A program made the position numbers and the translations under genes. Source: an uncultured bacterium (GTDB lineage: Bacteria; Bacteroidota; Bacteroidia; Bacteroidales; Bacteroidaceae). Taken from it: a stretch of 35,903 nt of DNA. Numbering within the stretch: position 1 is the stretch's first letter; each line of letters begins with the position of its first letter. Shown in pieces: positions 10,393 through 19,495 of this stretch. The notes below the pieces were generated by a model. The model had not been told where the DNA came from, made no database searches, and saw nothing but the letters and a program-made list of their open reading frames with translations. The stretch is taken from contig CAJMQT010000001.1 of the NCBI GenBank assembly GCA_905215655.1, positions 1-35,903 of the forward strand, given 5' to 3'.

Positions 10393-11833
10393 TGAAACGT
10401 TTATTATATTTCTTAAAGCCGTCTTTGCCCTTGCCGCGACCGAAGTCCTTGCCGCCTTTGCGTCCGCCTTCGCGGCGCTCTCTGCCGCCCTTTGTGCGCT
10501 CTCGACGGTCGTTGTCGTTGTCCTTGAACGACACACGGTGGAACTTGAAGGTACGTATGTCGCCCTCTTCGTTGTCCGTCTCGCCGTCGTCAAAGCGCTT
10601 TTTGAACTCACGGTTCTTCTTGAACCGGTGCTTTTCCGCCATCTGCTGCTTCTCGTCTTCGGTTTTCAGGATGTTTCCTTCGCTGCGGAATGTTTCGAGT
10701 TTGCCCTCGAACAAGACGTATTTACGAAACTCGCATTCGAGCGAACCGTTGTAAAGAGGCACCTTTAATGACGGTTTCAGACCTATCTGGTCGAAACATT
10801 CTTCACGATAACTCAGCACCCATGCCTCGTTGGTTTTGAACTGACGTTTGAGTGTGTCGCCTATCATTTTATACGTTCCGAGCAGGTTGGGAGTGGATAT
10901 TCGCTCGCCGTAAGGAGGATTGGTGACGATGATAGCATGTTCTTCGGGACGCTTGAAGTCTTTGAAGTCGGCCTCTTCTATCGTGATGTCTTTTGTCATT
11001 CCCGCCGCCTTGACGTTGAGACGAGCCTTCATTACAGCCGCGATGTCGATGTCGTAGCCGTAAATATGGTGGTCGAACTCACGCTCCTGAGAGTCGTCGT
11101 TGTAGATGCTGTCAAACAAATCTTGGTCGAAGTCGCTCCATCTTTCAAAGGCGTACTCTTTCCGGAATACGCCCGGCGCTATGTTGCGGGCTATGAGTGC
11201 CGCCTCGATGGGCAGCGTGCCCGAGCCGCACATGGGGTCGATGAAGTCTGTCTCGCCTCTCCAGCCGGTCATAAGTATCATTCCTGCCGCGAGGACCTCG
11301 TTCAACGGAGCCTCTACCGCCTCCTGTCTGTAACCGCGTCGGTGCAGACTTTCGCCGCTCGAGTCGAGCGAGAGGGTGCATTGATAGTCGGCAATGTGCA
11401 TGTTGAGGCGTATGTCCGGATTGGCAACGGATATGTTGGGGCGCTGTCCGGTCTTCTCTCTGAACTGGTCGACGATGGCGTCTTTAACCTTGTAAGACAC
11501 GAATTTGGAGTGTCTGAACTCGTCGGAGAACACCACGGAGTCAACCGCGAAGCTCTTTTTCAGGTCGAGATATTGGCTCCAGTCTATTTTCTTTACCTCC
11601 TCATACACGTCGTCGGCGCTATTAGCCTTGAAGTGTTTGATGGGTTTGAGTATTCTTATTGCCGTGCGCAACTGGAAGTTTGCACGGTACATCATCTCTT
11701 TGTTGCCGGTGAACGACACCATGCGACGTCCTATCTGCACGTCGTTAGCTCCTAAGTTTGTCAGCTCTTCCGCCAAAATGGGTTCCAGTCCCATGAATGT
11801 TTTGGCTATGAGTTCAAATTCTTGTTCCATCAA
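10379..11833 (-). CDS. THUMP-domain RNA methyltransferase (RlmL-like)
   Basis: LHRRGYR, APLNEVLAA, DPMCGSGT and TNPPYGER motifs; charged low-complexity C-tail. Confidence 0.92.
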   Translation of the reverse strand: MMEQEFELIAKTFMGLEPILAEELTNLGANDVQIGRRMVSFTGNKEMMYRANFQLRTAIRILKPIKHFKANSADDVYEEVKKIDWSQYLDLKKSFAVDSVVFSDEFRHSKFVSYKVKDAIVDQFREKTGQRPNISVANPDIRLNMHIADYQCTLSLDSSGESLHRRGYRQEAVEAPLNEVLAAGMILMTGWRGETDFIDPMCGSGTLPIEAALIARNIAPGVFRKEYAFERWSDFDQDLFDSIYNDDSQEREFDHHIYGYDIDIAAVMKARLNVKAAGMTKDITIEEADFKDFKRPEEHAIIVTNPPYGERISTPNLLGTYKMIGDTLKRQFKTNEAWVLSYREECFDQIGLKPSLKVPLYNGSLECEFRKYVLFEGKLETFRSEGNILKTEDEKQQMAEKHRFKKNREFKKRFDDGETDNEEGDIRTFKFHRVSFKDNDNDRRERTKGGRERREGGRKGGKDFGRGKGKDGFKKYNKRFNDEE

Positions 11834-11901
11834 TTATTTGGTATTTCTTGTCTTTTTTTATTTCCGAGAGTATTCTGTCAGCTGCTTATCCCTGCCGGAT
11901 G

Positions 11902-12798
11902 TCAGCCTTTAATGTGCTTTTTTGTGAGGGGCTCCATGTCTTTCGTCACCCAGATGTTGGCTCCTACGACGCATCCTCTGCCTATGGTGATGCGTCCGAG
12001 GATGGTCGCATTTGAGTAGACCACCACGTCGTCTTCGAGTATGGGGTGACGCGGTATGCCCTTGATGGGGTTGCCCTGCTCGTCGAGCGGAAAGCTCTTG
12101 GCTCCGAGTGTCACGCCTTGGTACAGTTTGACGTTGTTCCCTATGATGCAGGTGGCACCGATAACGACGCCCGTGCCGTGGTCGATCGTGAAGTGATGAC
12201 CTATCCGTGCCCCGGGATGAATGTCTATTCCGGTCTCGTAGTGTGCCATTTCCGTGATAATGCGGGGTATCAGCGGCACATCGAGCATCAGCAGTTCGTG
12301 TGCCATGCGGTAGTTTGTCAGCGCGCGTATGACGGGATAACATGATATTATTTCGCCGGCGCTTTCAGCCGCCGGGTCGCCGTTGTATGCCGCTTCAACG
12401 TCGGTTGCGAGCACGGCACGTATCTCCGGCAGCCGGCTGATAAACTCTGTCGCCATCCTTACCGCCTCGCAACGGTGACGCGCCGACAGCTCCGGGTTGT
12501 CGCGATATTCGTTGTCGACAAAGCAGAGTCCTGCCGCTATCTGGTCAGACAGCAGCTTATGTAATCGTTCGATGTTGACTCCGATGTGGTATTTCAGCGT
12601 CCTTATATTGATTTCCGATTTGCCGAAAAAGCCCGGAAACAATATGGAACGCGCCAGTTCTATAATCTCTTTAAGGGCTTTTCCTGAGGGGAGAGGATCT
12701 CCGTCGCGGTGCTGATGAAACAATTCTTTCAACGACTCGGGTTGCGACAGCCTGTCGGTTGTTTGCGTAAGAATTTGCGTCAGGTTATCAGTACTCAT
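11902..12798 (-). CDS. cysE: Serine O-acetyltransferase
   Basis: GDPAA, TGIDIHPGA, IDHGTGVVIG, YQGVTLG and RHP motifs. Confidence 0.93.
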   Translation of the reverse strand: MSTDNLTQILTQTTDRLSQPESLKELFHQHRDGDPLPSGKALKEIIELARSILFPGFFGKSEINIRTLKYHIGVNIERLHKLLSDQIAAGLCFVDNEYRDNPELSARHRCEAVRMATEFISRLPEIRAVLATDVEAAYNGDPAAESAGEIISCYPVIRALTNYRMAHELLMLDVPLIPRIITEMAHYETGIDIHPGARIGHHFTIDHGTGVVIGATCIIGNNVKLYQGVTLGAKSFPLDEQGNPIKGIPRHPILEDDVVVYSNATILGRITIGRGCVVGANIWVTKDMEPLTKKHIKG

Positions 12799-12822
12799 TT
12801 AAATATGTATCAATTTGTCGTG

Positions 12823-12854
12823 CAAAATTAATTCATTTATAATGAACCGCCAAA
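12823..12854 (-). promoter_or_regulatory. Bacteroidota sigma-A promoter of the cysE operon
   Basis: TTTG (12851-12854)-N20-TAATTTTG (12823-12830) on minus strand. Confidence 0.75.
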
Positions 12855-12944
12855 TTTTTTTTCGGCTTTATTCGGCATGTTCCCATGTGTGTTAAAATAC
12901 GTTTCGTTACGTATTGAAAATCGGTTGAAAATCTTTGAGTTTTC

Positions 12945-13054
12945 CATACGCCGCGTTTTACGTTGCAAAAGGCGGTCTTTCAGGCTCTAAAAGGCAAGCT
13001 TTTACACGCTGAAAGGCGGTCTTTTGCAATGTAAAATGCCGCCTTTTGCAAACC
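12945..13054 (+). repeat. 22-bp-period palindromic array 2
   Basis: Units start at 12945 (degenerate), 12967, 12989, 13011, 13033; followed by CTGAATATCAG. Confidence 0.9.
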
Positions 13055-13200
13055 CTCTGAATATCAGCCGGTTGCAAAGACGTTTCTTCCTACGGTGCAA
13101 TCATTGGCTGGGACGTCGCAGAAATGTAAAGTTTTCTTAAAATGACGGCGGCAGACTGTGGAATAAAGTCAAATAGGGAGTGAGGAAATGAAATATTTAT

Positions 13201-13208
13201 TACTTTTG
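13201..13208 (+). promoter_or_regulatory. -7 promoter element for the ArsG-like gene
   Basis: TACTTTTG about 45 nt upstream of the ATG. Confidence 0.55.
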
Positions 13209-13252
13209 CAGAATTGGATTTTTGAAAGTCCTTTGATAAGACAGTAAAAGTC

Positions 13253-13954
13253 ATGGAATGGTTACAAAGCATAATAGATAACGGCTGCACGCCTGTGATA
13301 ACGGCGCTGCTGCTCGGCTTGATAGTGGCGCTGCATCCCTGTCCGCTCGCCGCAAACGTGGCGGCGATGGGCTACATCGCGAAAGATATGGGACAGGGGC
13401 GACGCGTGTTGGTCAACGGACTGTTTTACACCCTTGGTAGGATGCTTGCCTACTCGCTGCTCGGAATTTTGTTAATTGCCGTTTTCAGGGGCAGCGTAAA
13501 CATTGCTGCTCTCGGCGGTTGGTTCGGCGAGTGGGGCGAACGGTTGCTCGCTCCGCTGCTGATAATAATCGGTCTGTATTTCCTTCTCAGTAAAATATTG
13601 CACAAACACGAGCATTGTCCTACGCTGCCCGTTCTCGGTCTGCATCTTCACGGGCGTGCGGGAAGCCTTCTGCTTGGTGTCCTCCTCGCCCTGTCATTCT
13701 GTCCCGAGAGTGCCATCGTCTACTTCGGAATGCTCCTCCCGCTGTCGGCAAAAGCCGATGCGGGCGTCTTCCTGCCTGTCGTATTCTCCTTTGCCACCGC
13801 CGTTCCGACGGTTCTCATAGCGTGGGTTGTTGCCTACGGCGTGTCGGAAACGTCGGTCGTGCGTAACGGAATGCACGCCGTGCAGAAGTGGATGAGCGTC
13901 GTCGTAGGTCTGATATTTATCGCAGCGGGCACCTATTGCTTGTTTGCCGATTAG
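13253..13954 (+). CDS. ArsG-family / DsbD-like (TauE/CcdA-related) membrane permease
   Basis: PCPLAANVAA, YTLGR and ALSFCPESAIVYFGML motifs; about 6 TM segments. Confidence 0.8.
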   Translation: MEWLQSIIDNGCTPVITALLLGLIVALHPCPLAANVAAMGYIAKDMGQGRRVLVNGLFYTLGRMLAYSLLGILLIAVFRGSVNIAALGGWFGEWGERLLAPLLIIIGLYFLLSKILHKHEHCPTLPVLGLHLHGRAGSLLLGVLLALSFCPESAIVYFGMLLPLSAKADAGVFLPVVFSFATAVPTVLIAWVVAYGVSETSVVRNGMHAVQKWMSVVVGLIFIAAGTYCLFAD

Positions 13955-14063
13955 GCGGTTTGCATAGGTCTTCGGAACGGACGTTATTATGATTGCTTTT
14001 GAGAATGGTGACCGGTCTTGCGAGCCTTGTAAGGAAATATGATTTCTCAGATGCTTTTCTTGA

Positions 14064-14144
14064 TTAAAATCTATTTATCCAATCATCGACGATATGCGAA
14101 GACAAGCGGTTGAGAAACTGTCACACGTATCTGCGAGTGAATAA
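14064..14144 (+). pseudogene. Possible C-terminal remnant of a tyrosine integrase
   Basis: Frame reads LKSIYPIIDDMRRQAVEKLSHVSASE*, resembling the IYAKIID..R.AV..L tail of Bacteroidota integrases. Confidence 0.3.
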
Positions 14145-14157
14145 TTAGCAAATAACT

Positions 14158-14189
14158 TTTGGTAAGTTCTATAAAAAGCAGTACCTTTG
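14158..14189 (+). promoter_or_regulatory. Consensus Bacteroidota promoter driving hairpin RNA 1 and possibly the abi gene
   Basis: TTTG (14158-14161)-N20-TACCTTTG (14182-14189). Confidence 0.8.
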
Positions 14190-14194
14190 TATAG

Positions 14195-14244
14195 TATGTT
14201 TCCGCCAAGCCTCTTTTGCGTATCATGGCGGAATATTTGTTTTT
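14195..14244 (+). ncRNA. Candidate AbiF-associated small RNA 1
   Basis: Directly after the promoter; 8-bp stem TTCCGCCA/TGGCGGAA with an 18-nt loop AGCCTCTTTTGCGTATCA, then a U-rich tract. Confidence 0.55.
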
Positions 14245-14298
14245 ATCATTATTATGATTATACCATAACAATTATGATAAAACGATAAATAAAGACAT

Positions 14299-14356
14299 AA
14301 AAAAACCCGGATTCATCACCTGCATCTGATATCAGGGAGAGGAATTACCGGGACTG
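14299..14356 (-). ncRNA. Candidate small RNA 2, antisense to the abi 5' leader
   Basis: Minus-strand promoter CTTG-N19-TATCTTTG (14362-14369); CCCGG..CCGGG closing stem, inner ATTC/GAAT and CCTG/CAGG pairs, ends in T7. Confidence 0.55.
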
Positions 14357-14377
14357 CATTGCAAAGATATAAAAAAT

Positions 14378-15037
14378 ATGGCATATAACAAGCAATTCTT
14401 TGAAAAAGTTTTCTCTGATAAACGGATGGAACGTTATTTCCGGCTATATCCGCAGGATGAAAGTCGTGCAATAACACATTATCAGTGTAATCTCAGTTTG
14501 TCGGAAGCGATGTATCCGTCTCTTTCTGTTCTTGAGGTAACACTCAGAAATTCTTTGTGTCGGGAACTTAGGACAATGACCGGGCGCGATGACTGGTATG
14601 CCATATTCCCCAACACTCCCGGCTTGGCAAACCTCAACAAATATATCACTCAGGCTTCAAAACGCATTTCAGGAAGACATGAACAAGTGACACCCTCCAA
14701 GATAATTGCGGAGTTGACACTCGGATTTTGGGTGTCATTGCTGAACAGCGAATACGAGAAAGTTCTTTGGAAAGATTTGCGTCGTGCTTTTCCGTATATG
14801 CCCAAAAAAAATAAACAGCGCAAAAATGTGTCAGCTCCGCTTAACCGCTTCAGAGCTTTCAGAAACAGGGTGTTTCATAACGAATCTGTTTGCTGGAACC
14901 TTGACAGGGTGACGGATTTGCATAATGAGTTCATAATGCTGTTAAGCTGGATGAATAATGATGTTCCAGGTTGGTTGGCTTTGTCCGACAGATTTGACAA
15001 AGTAACCGGAGATATTCGCACAACGCTGAATTTGTGA
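14378..15037 (+). CDS. Abi_2/AbiD-AbiF-like HEPN ribonuclease (abortive infection toxin)
   Basis: LEVTLRN, ELTLGFW and HEPN RxxxxH (RNRVFH) motifs; AT-richer than flanking genes. Confidence 0.85.
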   Translation: MAYNKQFFEKVFSDKRMERYFRLYPQDESRAITHYQCNLSLSEAMYPSLSVLEVTLRNSLCRELRTMTGRDDWYAIFPNTPGLANLNKYITQASKRISGRHEQVTPSKIIAELTLGFWVSLLNSEYEKVLWKDLRRAFPYMPKKNKQRKNVSAPLNRFRAFRNRVFHNESVCWNLDRVTDLHNEFIMLLSWMNNDVPGWLALSDRFDKVTGDIRTTLNL

Positions 15038-15125
15038 AATAATTACTAAATGCCTTTTTCGTGGTGATTTCAAGCTATTCCTATTGATTGAAAGGAATTG
15101 GTGGATTAAAATAGAAGCATTGCCT

Positions 15126-15172
15126 TGAATTGCACTACAAAAGTTAGACACAAAACTTTTTAGTGCATTATA
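15126..15172. mobile_element. Degenerate inverted copy of the IS3-end-like mini-hairpin at 35676
   Basis: TGAATTGCACTACAAAAGTT-AGACACAA-AACTTTTTAGTGCA; the loop is the reverse complement of the loop at 35696-35703. Confidence 0.75.
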
Positions 15173-15311
15173 TAAAATAATATTACGGCGATGACGAAAA
15201 GCGGAATATAGTCAACCGAATATTCGGCGGAAAGCCTATCCTTGCAATAAATCGAGAGTTGAAAGTTGACAGTAAGATGGTTCTGTGGCATCTGCGCAAT
15301 CTGTCCGAACG

Positions 15312-15974
15312 TCAGTGACGGCGTATGGAATCAGGCTCGAATTTTATGCTTATCTGCTCATAACCGAGGCTGTTGAGCATTTTGCGGAATTGTGTTTCAG
15401 CGTTACGTTCGGCGGTCTTGATGTTCTCGCCGGTAAGACAACGGCTGCGCATCTTTGTGTAAGCGCGGCGGTAGAGGGCGGCTCTGTCCTTGTCGGTCCA
15501 GCGTCCTGACTCGTAGAACGATTGCGTGCGAGCCTCGTCGATGAAATCTTCGTCAAGCAGTCCGATGGCGGGCAGCGTGACGCGAAGCGTGTCTTTATCC
15601 TTGCGTATCCAGTTTTCTGGCGCTTTACGCATGTCAAATCCGAGGCGCACGGTGCCGAAATAGATGCGTATCAGCTCGTCCTTGCCAAACCAGCCGCGGC
15701 GCACCGTGTCTACCAGTTCTTCGTCGTCGATTGACAGAAACTCCCATTCGCCGATCTCTTTCATAGCCGTAACCTGCGTCGGGGTTATGTCAATCCTGTC
15801 GTTGACGTATGTGCCGATATTGTTGTCGCGGCACGAACGTATCAGGTATGCCGACGAGATGATAAGAATTATTATGATTATGAAAATAGCGGCGGTCTTA
15901 AATCGCAGCATCGTCCGCCAAAATCCTGACATCCGTCCACGTTTCGGGCGGTCGTTATAGATGTTATATTCCAT
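15312..15974 (-). CDS. DUF4230-family protein with N-terminal membrane anchor
   Basis: TM helix IFIIIIILIISS; GTVRLGFDM, VTLP and AERNAETQF..ML.SLGY pattern. Confidence 0.75.
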   Translation of the reverse strand: MEYNIYNDRPKRGRMSGFWRTMLRFKTAAIFIIIIILIISSAYLIRSCRDNNIGTYVNDRIDITPTQVTAMKEIGEWEFLSIDDEELVDTVRRGWFGKDELIRIYFGTVRLGFDMRKAPENWIRKDKDTLRVTLPAIGLLDEDFIDEARTQSFYESGRWTDKDRAALYRRAYTKMRSRCLTGENIKTAERNAETQFRKMLNSLGYEQISIKFEPDSIRRH

Positions 15975-16638
15975 TTTCCAAAACCTTGTTGTCTAAAATG
16001 AAAGGCAGGTCGTCCGTGGTGAACTCCTTCCGGAACGTTATCTTGATGTTCTCCTCCTTAAATCCCATCTGCTTTATCATGGGAATTAAGGCGTGAGCCG
16101 CACCCTCGCGTGCAATGTCGATTATGCCCATCGAAGGAATGCTGTTGATTATCGCCATGCGCCCCTGCTGCTCGTAGTTCACCAGCTCCTTGTCGCTGAA
16201 ATTTGAACGGACGAGCGACACCTGGCGCTTTATCTCGTCGTGATTGATGCGGCTGCTCGTCATCTCGACCTTGGGGTCGGGCAGCAAAATCTCTATTTTG
16301 TCGTCTTTACGGATGACATTCTTCTCACTGAAATCGTTGAAGTCGATGTAAGCTTTCAATGTGGCGTCAATGGGGATGGCTATCTTACGTGACGTCAGAG
16401 GCAGCGAAATGTCGAACTTCTGTTGAAGGAACGACCCTTTGAGCTTTACTTGGTCGTCGTGGGTTACAATCTTATGGACGCGGTATTCGGCGGTGTATAG
16501 CTTGGCACACTTCTTTACCTGCGTGACGAGCACGGGTATCGTGTCCGTCGCCGGTTGCCTCACGTCCTGCCGTTTCTTGTCCGAACAAGCGGCAAAGATC
16601 ATTGCCGACAGCAAAATATATAACGTAATTCTTTTCAT
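15964..16638 (-). CDS. DUF4230-family lipoprotein
   Basis: FAAC lipobox; KLYTAEY, ATLKAYIDF, ILLPDP and MGF pattern. Confidence 0.75.
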   Translation of the reverse strand: MKRITLYILLSAMIFAACSDKKRQDVRQPATDTIPVLVTQVKKCAKLYTAEYRVHKIVTHDDQVKLKGSFLQQKFDISLPLTSRKIAIPIDATLKAYIDFNDFSEKNVIRKDDKIEILLPDPKVEMTSSRINHDEIKRQVSLVRSNFSDKELVNYEQQGRMAIINSIPSMGIIDIAREGAAHALIPMIKQMGFKEENIKITFRKEFTTDDLPFILDNKVLENGI

Positions 16639-16648
16639 AATACGCTTA

Positions 16649-16792
16649 CAAAGTTAAGGAAAAACCGTTAATGTGATATAAAATCAGATGTTTTTTTAGC
16701 GTTTTGTCACTATTCTTTGCATTAAAGAGAGAACGTACAAAACAAATAAAGGTCTGCGAATGCGGATTTATTAGATTTTTGCATTACCTTTG
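16649..16792. promoter_or_regulatory. Divergent promoter pair
   Basis: TAACTTTG on minus (16649-16656); TACCTTTG on plus (16785-16792). Confidence 0.65.
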
Positions 16793-16815
16793 CTGCGTAC
16801 AAACATAATAGGAAA

Positions 16816-17385
16816 ATGAAATCAATACTTACATTGTTCTTCGCCGCGTCAACGCTGTTTTGCTTCGTCTCGTGTGGTGAAAAGAAACAGACAAATGACA
16901 TAATAGCCCGCAAAACGGAGAAGAAAGCTCCCGCAGCACCCGGCAAAATGCAGGATTACAGCCATAAGGAAACGATAGAATGGCTCGGGAAAGCTTACAA
17001 CATCGAGATAAAAAGAAATGTGGACGCCGGACTGCCGATGGTGGTTGACGACTCGGGAAACAAGTATTATGACAACAAAATAAAGGTTGTCGTGAGCCGT
17101 GAGGACGGCTCCGTGTTCTTCGACCGCACTTTCTCAAAGTCCGACTTCTCGTCTTGCATGACTGAAAGTTACATAAAGAAGAGCGCCCTGCTCGGCATTG
17201 TTGTCGACAAGGTTGACGGTGACAACCTGCGTTTCGCCGCCAGCGTCGGCTCGCCCGATGTGCTGAGCGACGAGTACATGCCTCTTATCCTCACCCTTAC
17301 GAGGATGGGCAGCGTCAGCATTACCAAAGACACACGCCTCGACTCATCCTCCGAGACGACGGAAGACGAGGACGAGGGAGTGTAA
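16816..17385 (+). CDS. Bacteroidota lipoprotein (DUF4738-like)
   Basis: FVSC lipobox; YYDNKI, FFDRTFSK and ASVGSPD motifs; acidic tail ending DEGV. Confidence 0.7.
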   Translation: MKSILTLFFAASTLFCFVSCGEKKQTNDIIARKTEKKAPAAPGKMQDYSHKETIEWLGKAYNIEIKRNVDAGLPMVVDDSGNKYYDNKIKVVVSREDGSVFFDRTFSKSDFSSCMTESYIKKSALLGIVVDKVDGDNLRFAASVGSPDVLSDEYMPLILTLTRMGSVSITKDTRLDSSSETTEDEDEGV

Positions 17386-17437
17386 AAGATGTTTTAAACG
17401 ATTTGTGATATCAACGATAACAATTCAGCCGCGAGTG

Positions 17438-18187
17438 TCAAAGGACAAGTTCAACGGGGCAGTGGTCGGAGCCGAAGATATCGGAATGAATGCCGGCGGA
17501 TTGAATTTTGTCGGCTAAACGGCTGGAAACGACGAAGTAATCGATGCGCCAGCCTGCGTTCTTTTCACGTGCCTTGAAGCGGTACGACCACCAAGAGTAA
17601 GCTCCCTCCTTGTCGGGATAGAGATAACGGAAGGTGTCTGTGAAGCCGGATGACAGCAGGGTGGTGAACTTCTCGCGCTCTTCGTCGGTGAAACCGGCGT
17701 TCTTCCGGTTTGTCTTAGGGTTCTTCAAGTCTATTTCCTTGTGTGCCACGTTCATGTCGCCGCAGACGATTACAGGTTTCGTTGCATCCAGACGGAGCAG
17801 GTATTCGCGGAAATCATCCTCCCATTTCATGCGGTATTCGAGACGGCGAAGACCGTCTTGCGAGTTCGGCGTATAGACGGTTATCAAGTAGAAGTCGTCC
17901 ATTTCGAGCGTTATCACGCGTCCTTCATGGTCGTGTTCGTCGATGCCGAGCCCGTAGGTGACGCTTAGCGGCTCGTGTTTTGTGAATATAGCCGTGCCCG
18001 AGTAGCCTTTTTTCTCGGCATAGTTCCAATATGATTTGTATCCGTCGAACTGCAAATCAAGCTGACCTTCCTGCATCTTCGTCTCTTGAAGGCAGAAGAA
18101 GTCGGCGTCCAGCCGCTTGAAAACATCGCTGAAACCTTTGCCTTCACAGGCCCGTAAGCCGTTTACGTTCCATGAAATAAACTTCAT
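17438..18187 (-). CDS. xth: Exodeoxyribonuclease III / AP endonuclease
   Basis: [27 protein letters not shown] and SDHCP motifs. Confidence 0.97.
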   Translation of the reverse strand: MKFISWNVNGLRACEGKGFSDVFKRLDADFFCLQETKMQEGQLDLQFDGYKSYWNYAEKKGYSGTAIFTKHEPLSVTYGLGIDEHDHEGRVITLEMDDFYLITVYTPNSQDGLRRLEYRMKWEDDFREYLLRLDATKPVIVCGDMNVAHKEIDLKNPKTNRKNAGFTDEEREKFTTLLSSGFTDTFRYLYPDKEGAYSWWSYRFKAREKNAGWRIDYFVVSSRLADKIQSAGIHSDIFGSDHCPVELVL

Positions 18188-18214
18188 AACAGTTGCTGTT
18201 TTTGTGTATTTTTT

Positions 18215-18256
18215 AAAACAAAAGGGCAGACTTCGATAAATCTACCCTTTGTTTTT
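18215..18256. terminator. Probable intrinsic terminator downstream of ribH
   Basis: AAAACAAAAGGGCAGA-loop-TCTACCCTTTGTTTTT. Confidence 0.6.
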
Positions 18257-18280
18257 CGTTATTGAAAAATTCTGTATAAA

Positions 18281-18757
18281 TCAAAATTTAGCCATCTTTA
18301 TTGCGCCGATGGCACATTCGTCGCCCTTGTTGCCGAGCTTTCCGCCGCTGCGATCCTTTGCCTGTTGCAGGTCGTTGGTGGTGAGTAAACCGTAAATTAC
18401 GGGTATTTCGCTCTTTGCGTTGAGGCGTGCTATTCCGTAGGTTACGCCCTGGCAGATGTAATCGAAGTGCGGAGTCTCGCCCCTGATCACACTTCCGAGG
18501 ATGATTATTGCGTCGTATCCTCCGTTAAGGGTCATCTGATGGGCGCCGTAAATCAGCTCGAAACTTCCCGGAACGGTCTTTACGTGTATGTTCTCGGGCA
18601 GCGTGCCGTGCTTTTCCAGCGTCTTTACGGCTCCGTCGAGAAGTGCTCCCGTTATTTCGGGATTCCACTCGGCGACGACTATACCGAAACACATGTTGCT
18701 TGCGTCGGGTATCTTGTTCGGGTCGTAATCCGACAGGTTGTGCAGTGCGGTAGCCAT
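18281..18757 (-). CDS. ribH: 6,7-dimethyl-8-ribityllumazine synthase
   Basis: [22 protein letters not shown] and GNKG motifs. Confidence 0.97.
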   Translation of the reverse strand: MATALHNLSDYDPNKIPDASNMCFGIVVAEWNPEITGALLDGAVKTLEKHGTLPENIHVKTVPGSFELIYGAHQMTLNGGYDAIIILGSVIRGETPHFDYICQGVTYGIARLNAKSEIPVIYGLLTTNDLQQAKDRSGGKLGNKGDECAIGAIKMAKF

Positions 18758-19452
18758 TATTTTACTGAAACTCGTTCGATGTATTTGTCTATTTCCTGTG
18801 ATGCGGGCGAGTTGAGATATTTCTCTTTGATATCTTGATAAATCTTCAAAGCCTCTTCTTTCTTGTTCTGGCTTTCGAGGATTTCGCCTGCCTGGATGAG
18901 GAATACGGGCGAGATGCTGTTGTTTACCTTGTCTTCCGCCTTGCTGTCAGCCATCTTCGCTGCTTTCTTCAAGCATTCAACGGCTTTGTCGAGCTGGTTG
19001 ATGTGAGCGTAAGCGTTGCCCAATGCAGCTGTTGCGGCAGGGCTTATCATCTGGTCGTCAGAGGTTGAGAACTCTTCAAGGTACTTGACTGCGTCGTTCC
19101 ATTTTTCAAGATTGGCGTAGCAGAGACCGGCATAAAGGTTGGCAAGGTTGCCTGCGTCGGTGCTGCTGTAATCGGAAGCGATGTTGAGAAGTCCGGCAAA
19201 TCCTGCGCCGTCTCCTTTCAGAGCCTTCTCATACTGCTGGTTGGCGAAGTAGTCCTGACCCTTTGCCAGAGCTGTGCTTGCCTCTTGTTCTCTCGGTCCC
19301 GAGATGTAAGTGTTGTAGCAAATGATGCCTGCCACAACGAGAATTATCGCAACAATCACGATAGAGATTGTCTTTTTGTGCTGCATGAAGACAGCCTCTT
19401 TCTGACTGAGGGCCTCGTTTGCCGTGCCCTTCTCCTTATTAAGATTTGCCAT
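18757..19452 (-). CDS. Membrane-anchored TPR protein (YfgM-like)
   Basis: N-terminal TM helix followed by TPR helices; translationally coupled to ribH. Confidence 0.85.
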   Translation of the reverse strand: MANLNKEKGTANEALSQKEAVFMQHKKTISIVIVAIILVVAGIICYNTYISGPREQEASTALAKGQDYFANQQYEKALKGDGAGFAGLLNIASDYSSTDAGNLANLYAGLCYANLEKWNDAVKYLEEFSTSDDQMISPAATAALGNAYAHINQLDKAVECLKKAAKMADSKAEDKVNNSISPVFLIQAGEILESQNKKEEALKIYQDIKEKYLNSPASQEIDKYIERVSVK

Positions 19453-19495
19453 TTATTGTATTTTTATTTTATAATTAGCTGTTTACAAAGCGTGG

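Noticed and set aside
10393..10611. N-terminal extension of the DPP-IV ORF
   Set aside because: Alternate frame of the THUMP tail; the signal peptide begins at about 10392
14195..14356. Type III ToxIN-style tandem repeat antitoxin array
   Set aside because: No tandem direct repeats; only two dissimilar hairpins on opposite strands
14378..15037. Abi gene as a CAAX protease (also named Abi)
   Set aside because: Soluble protein with HEPN RxxxxH; no TM segments or EExxxR motif
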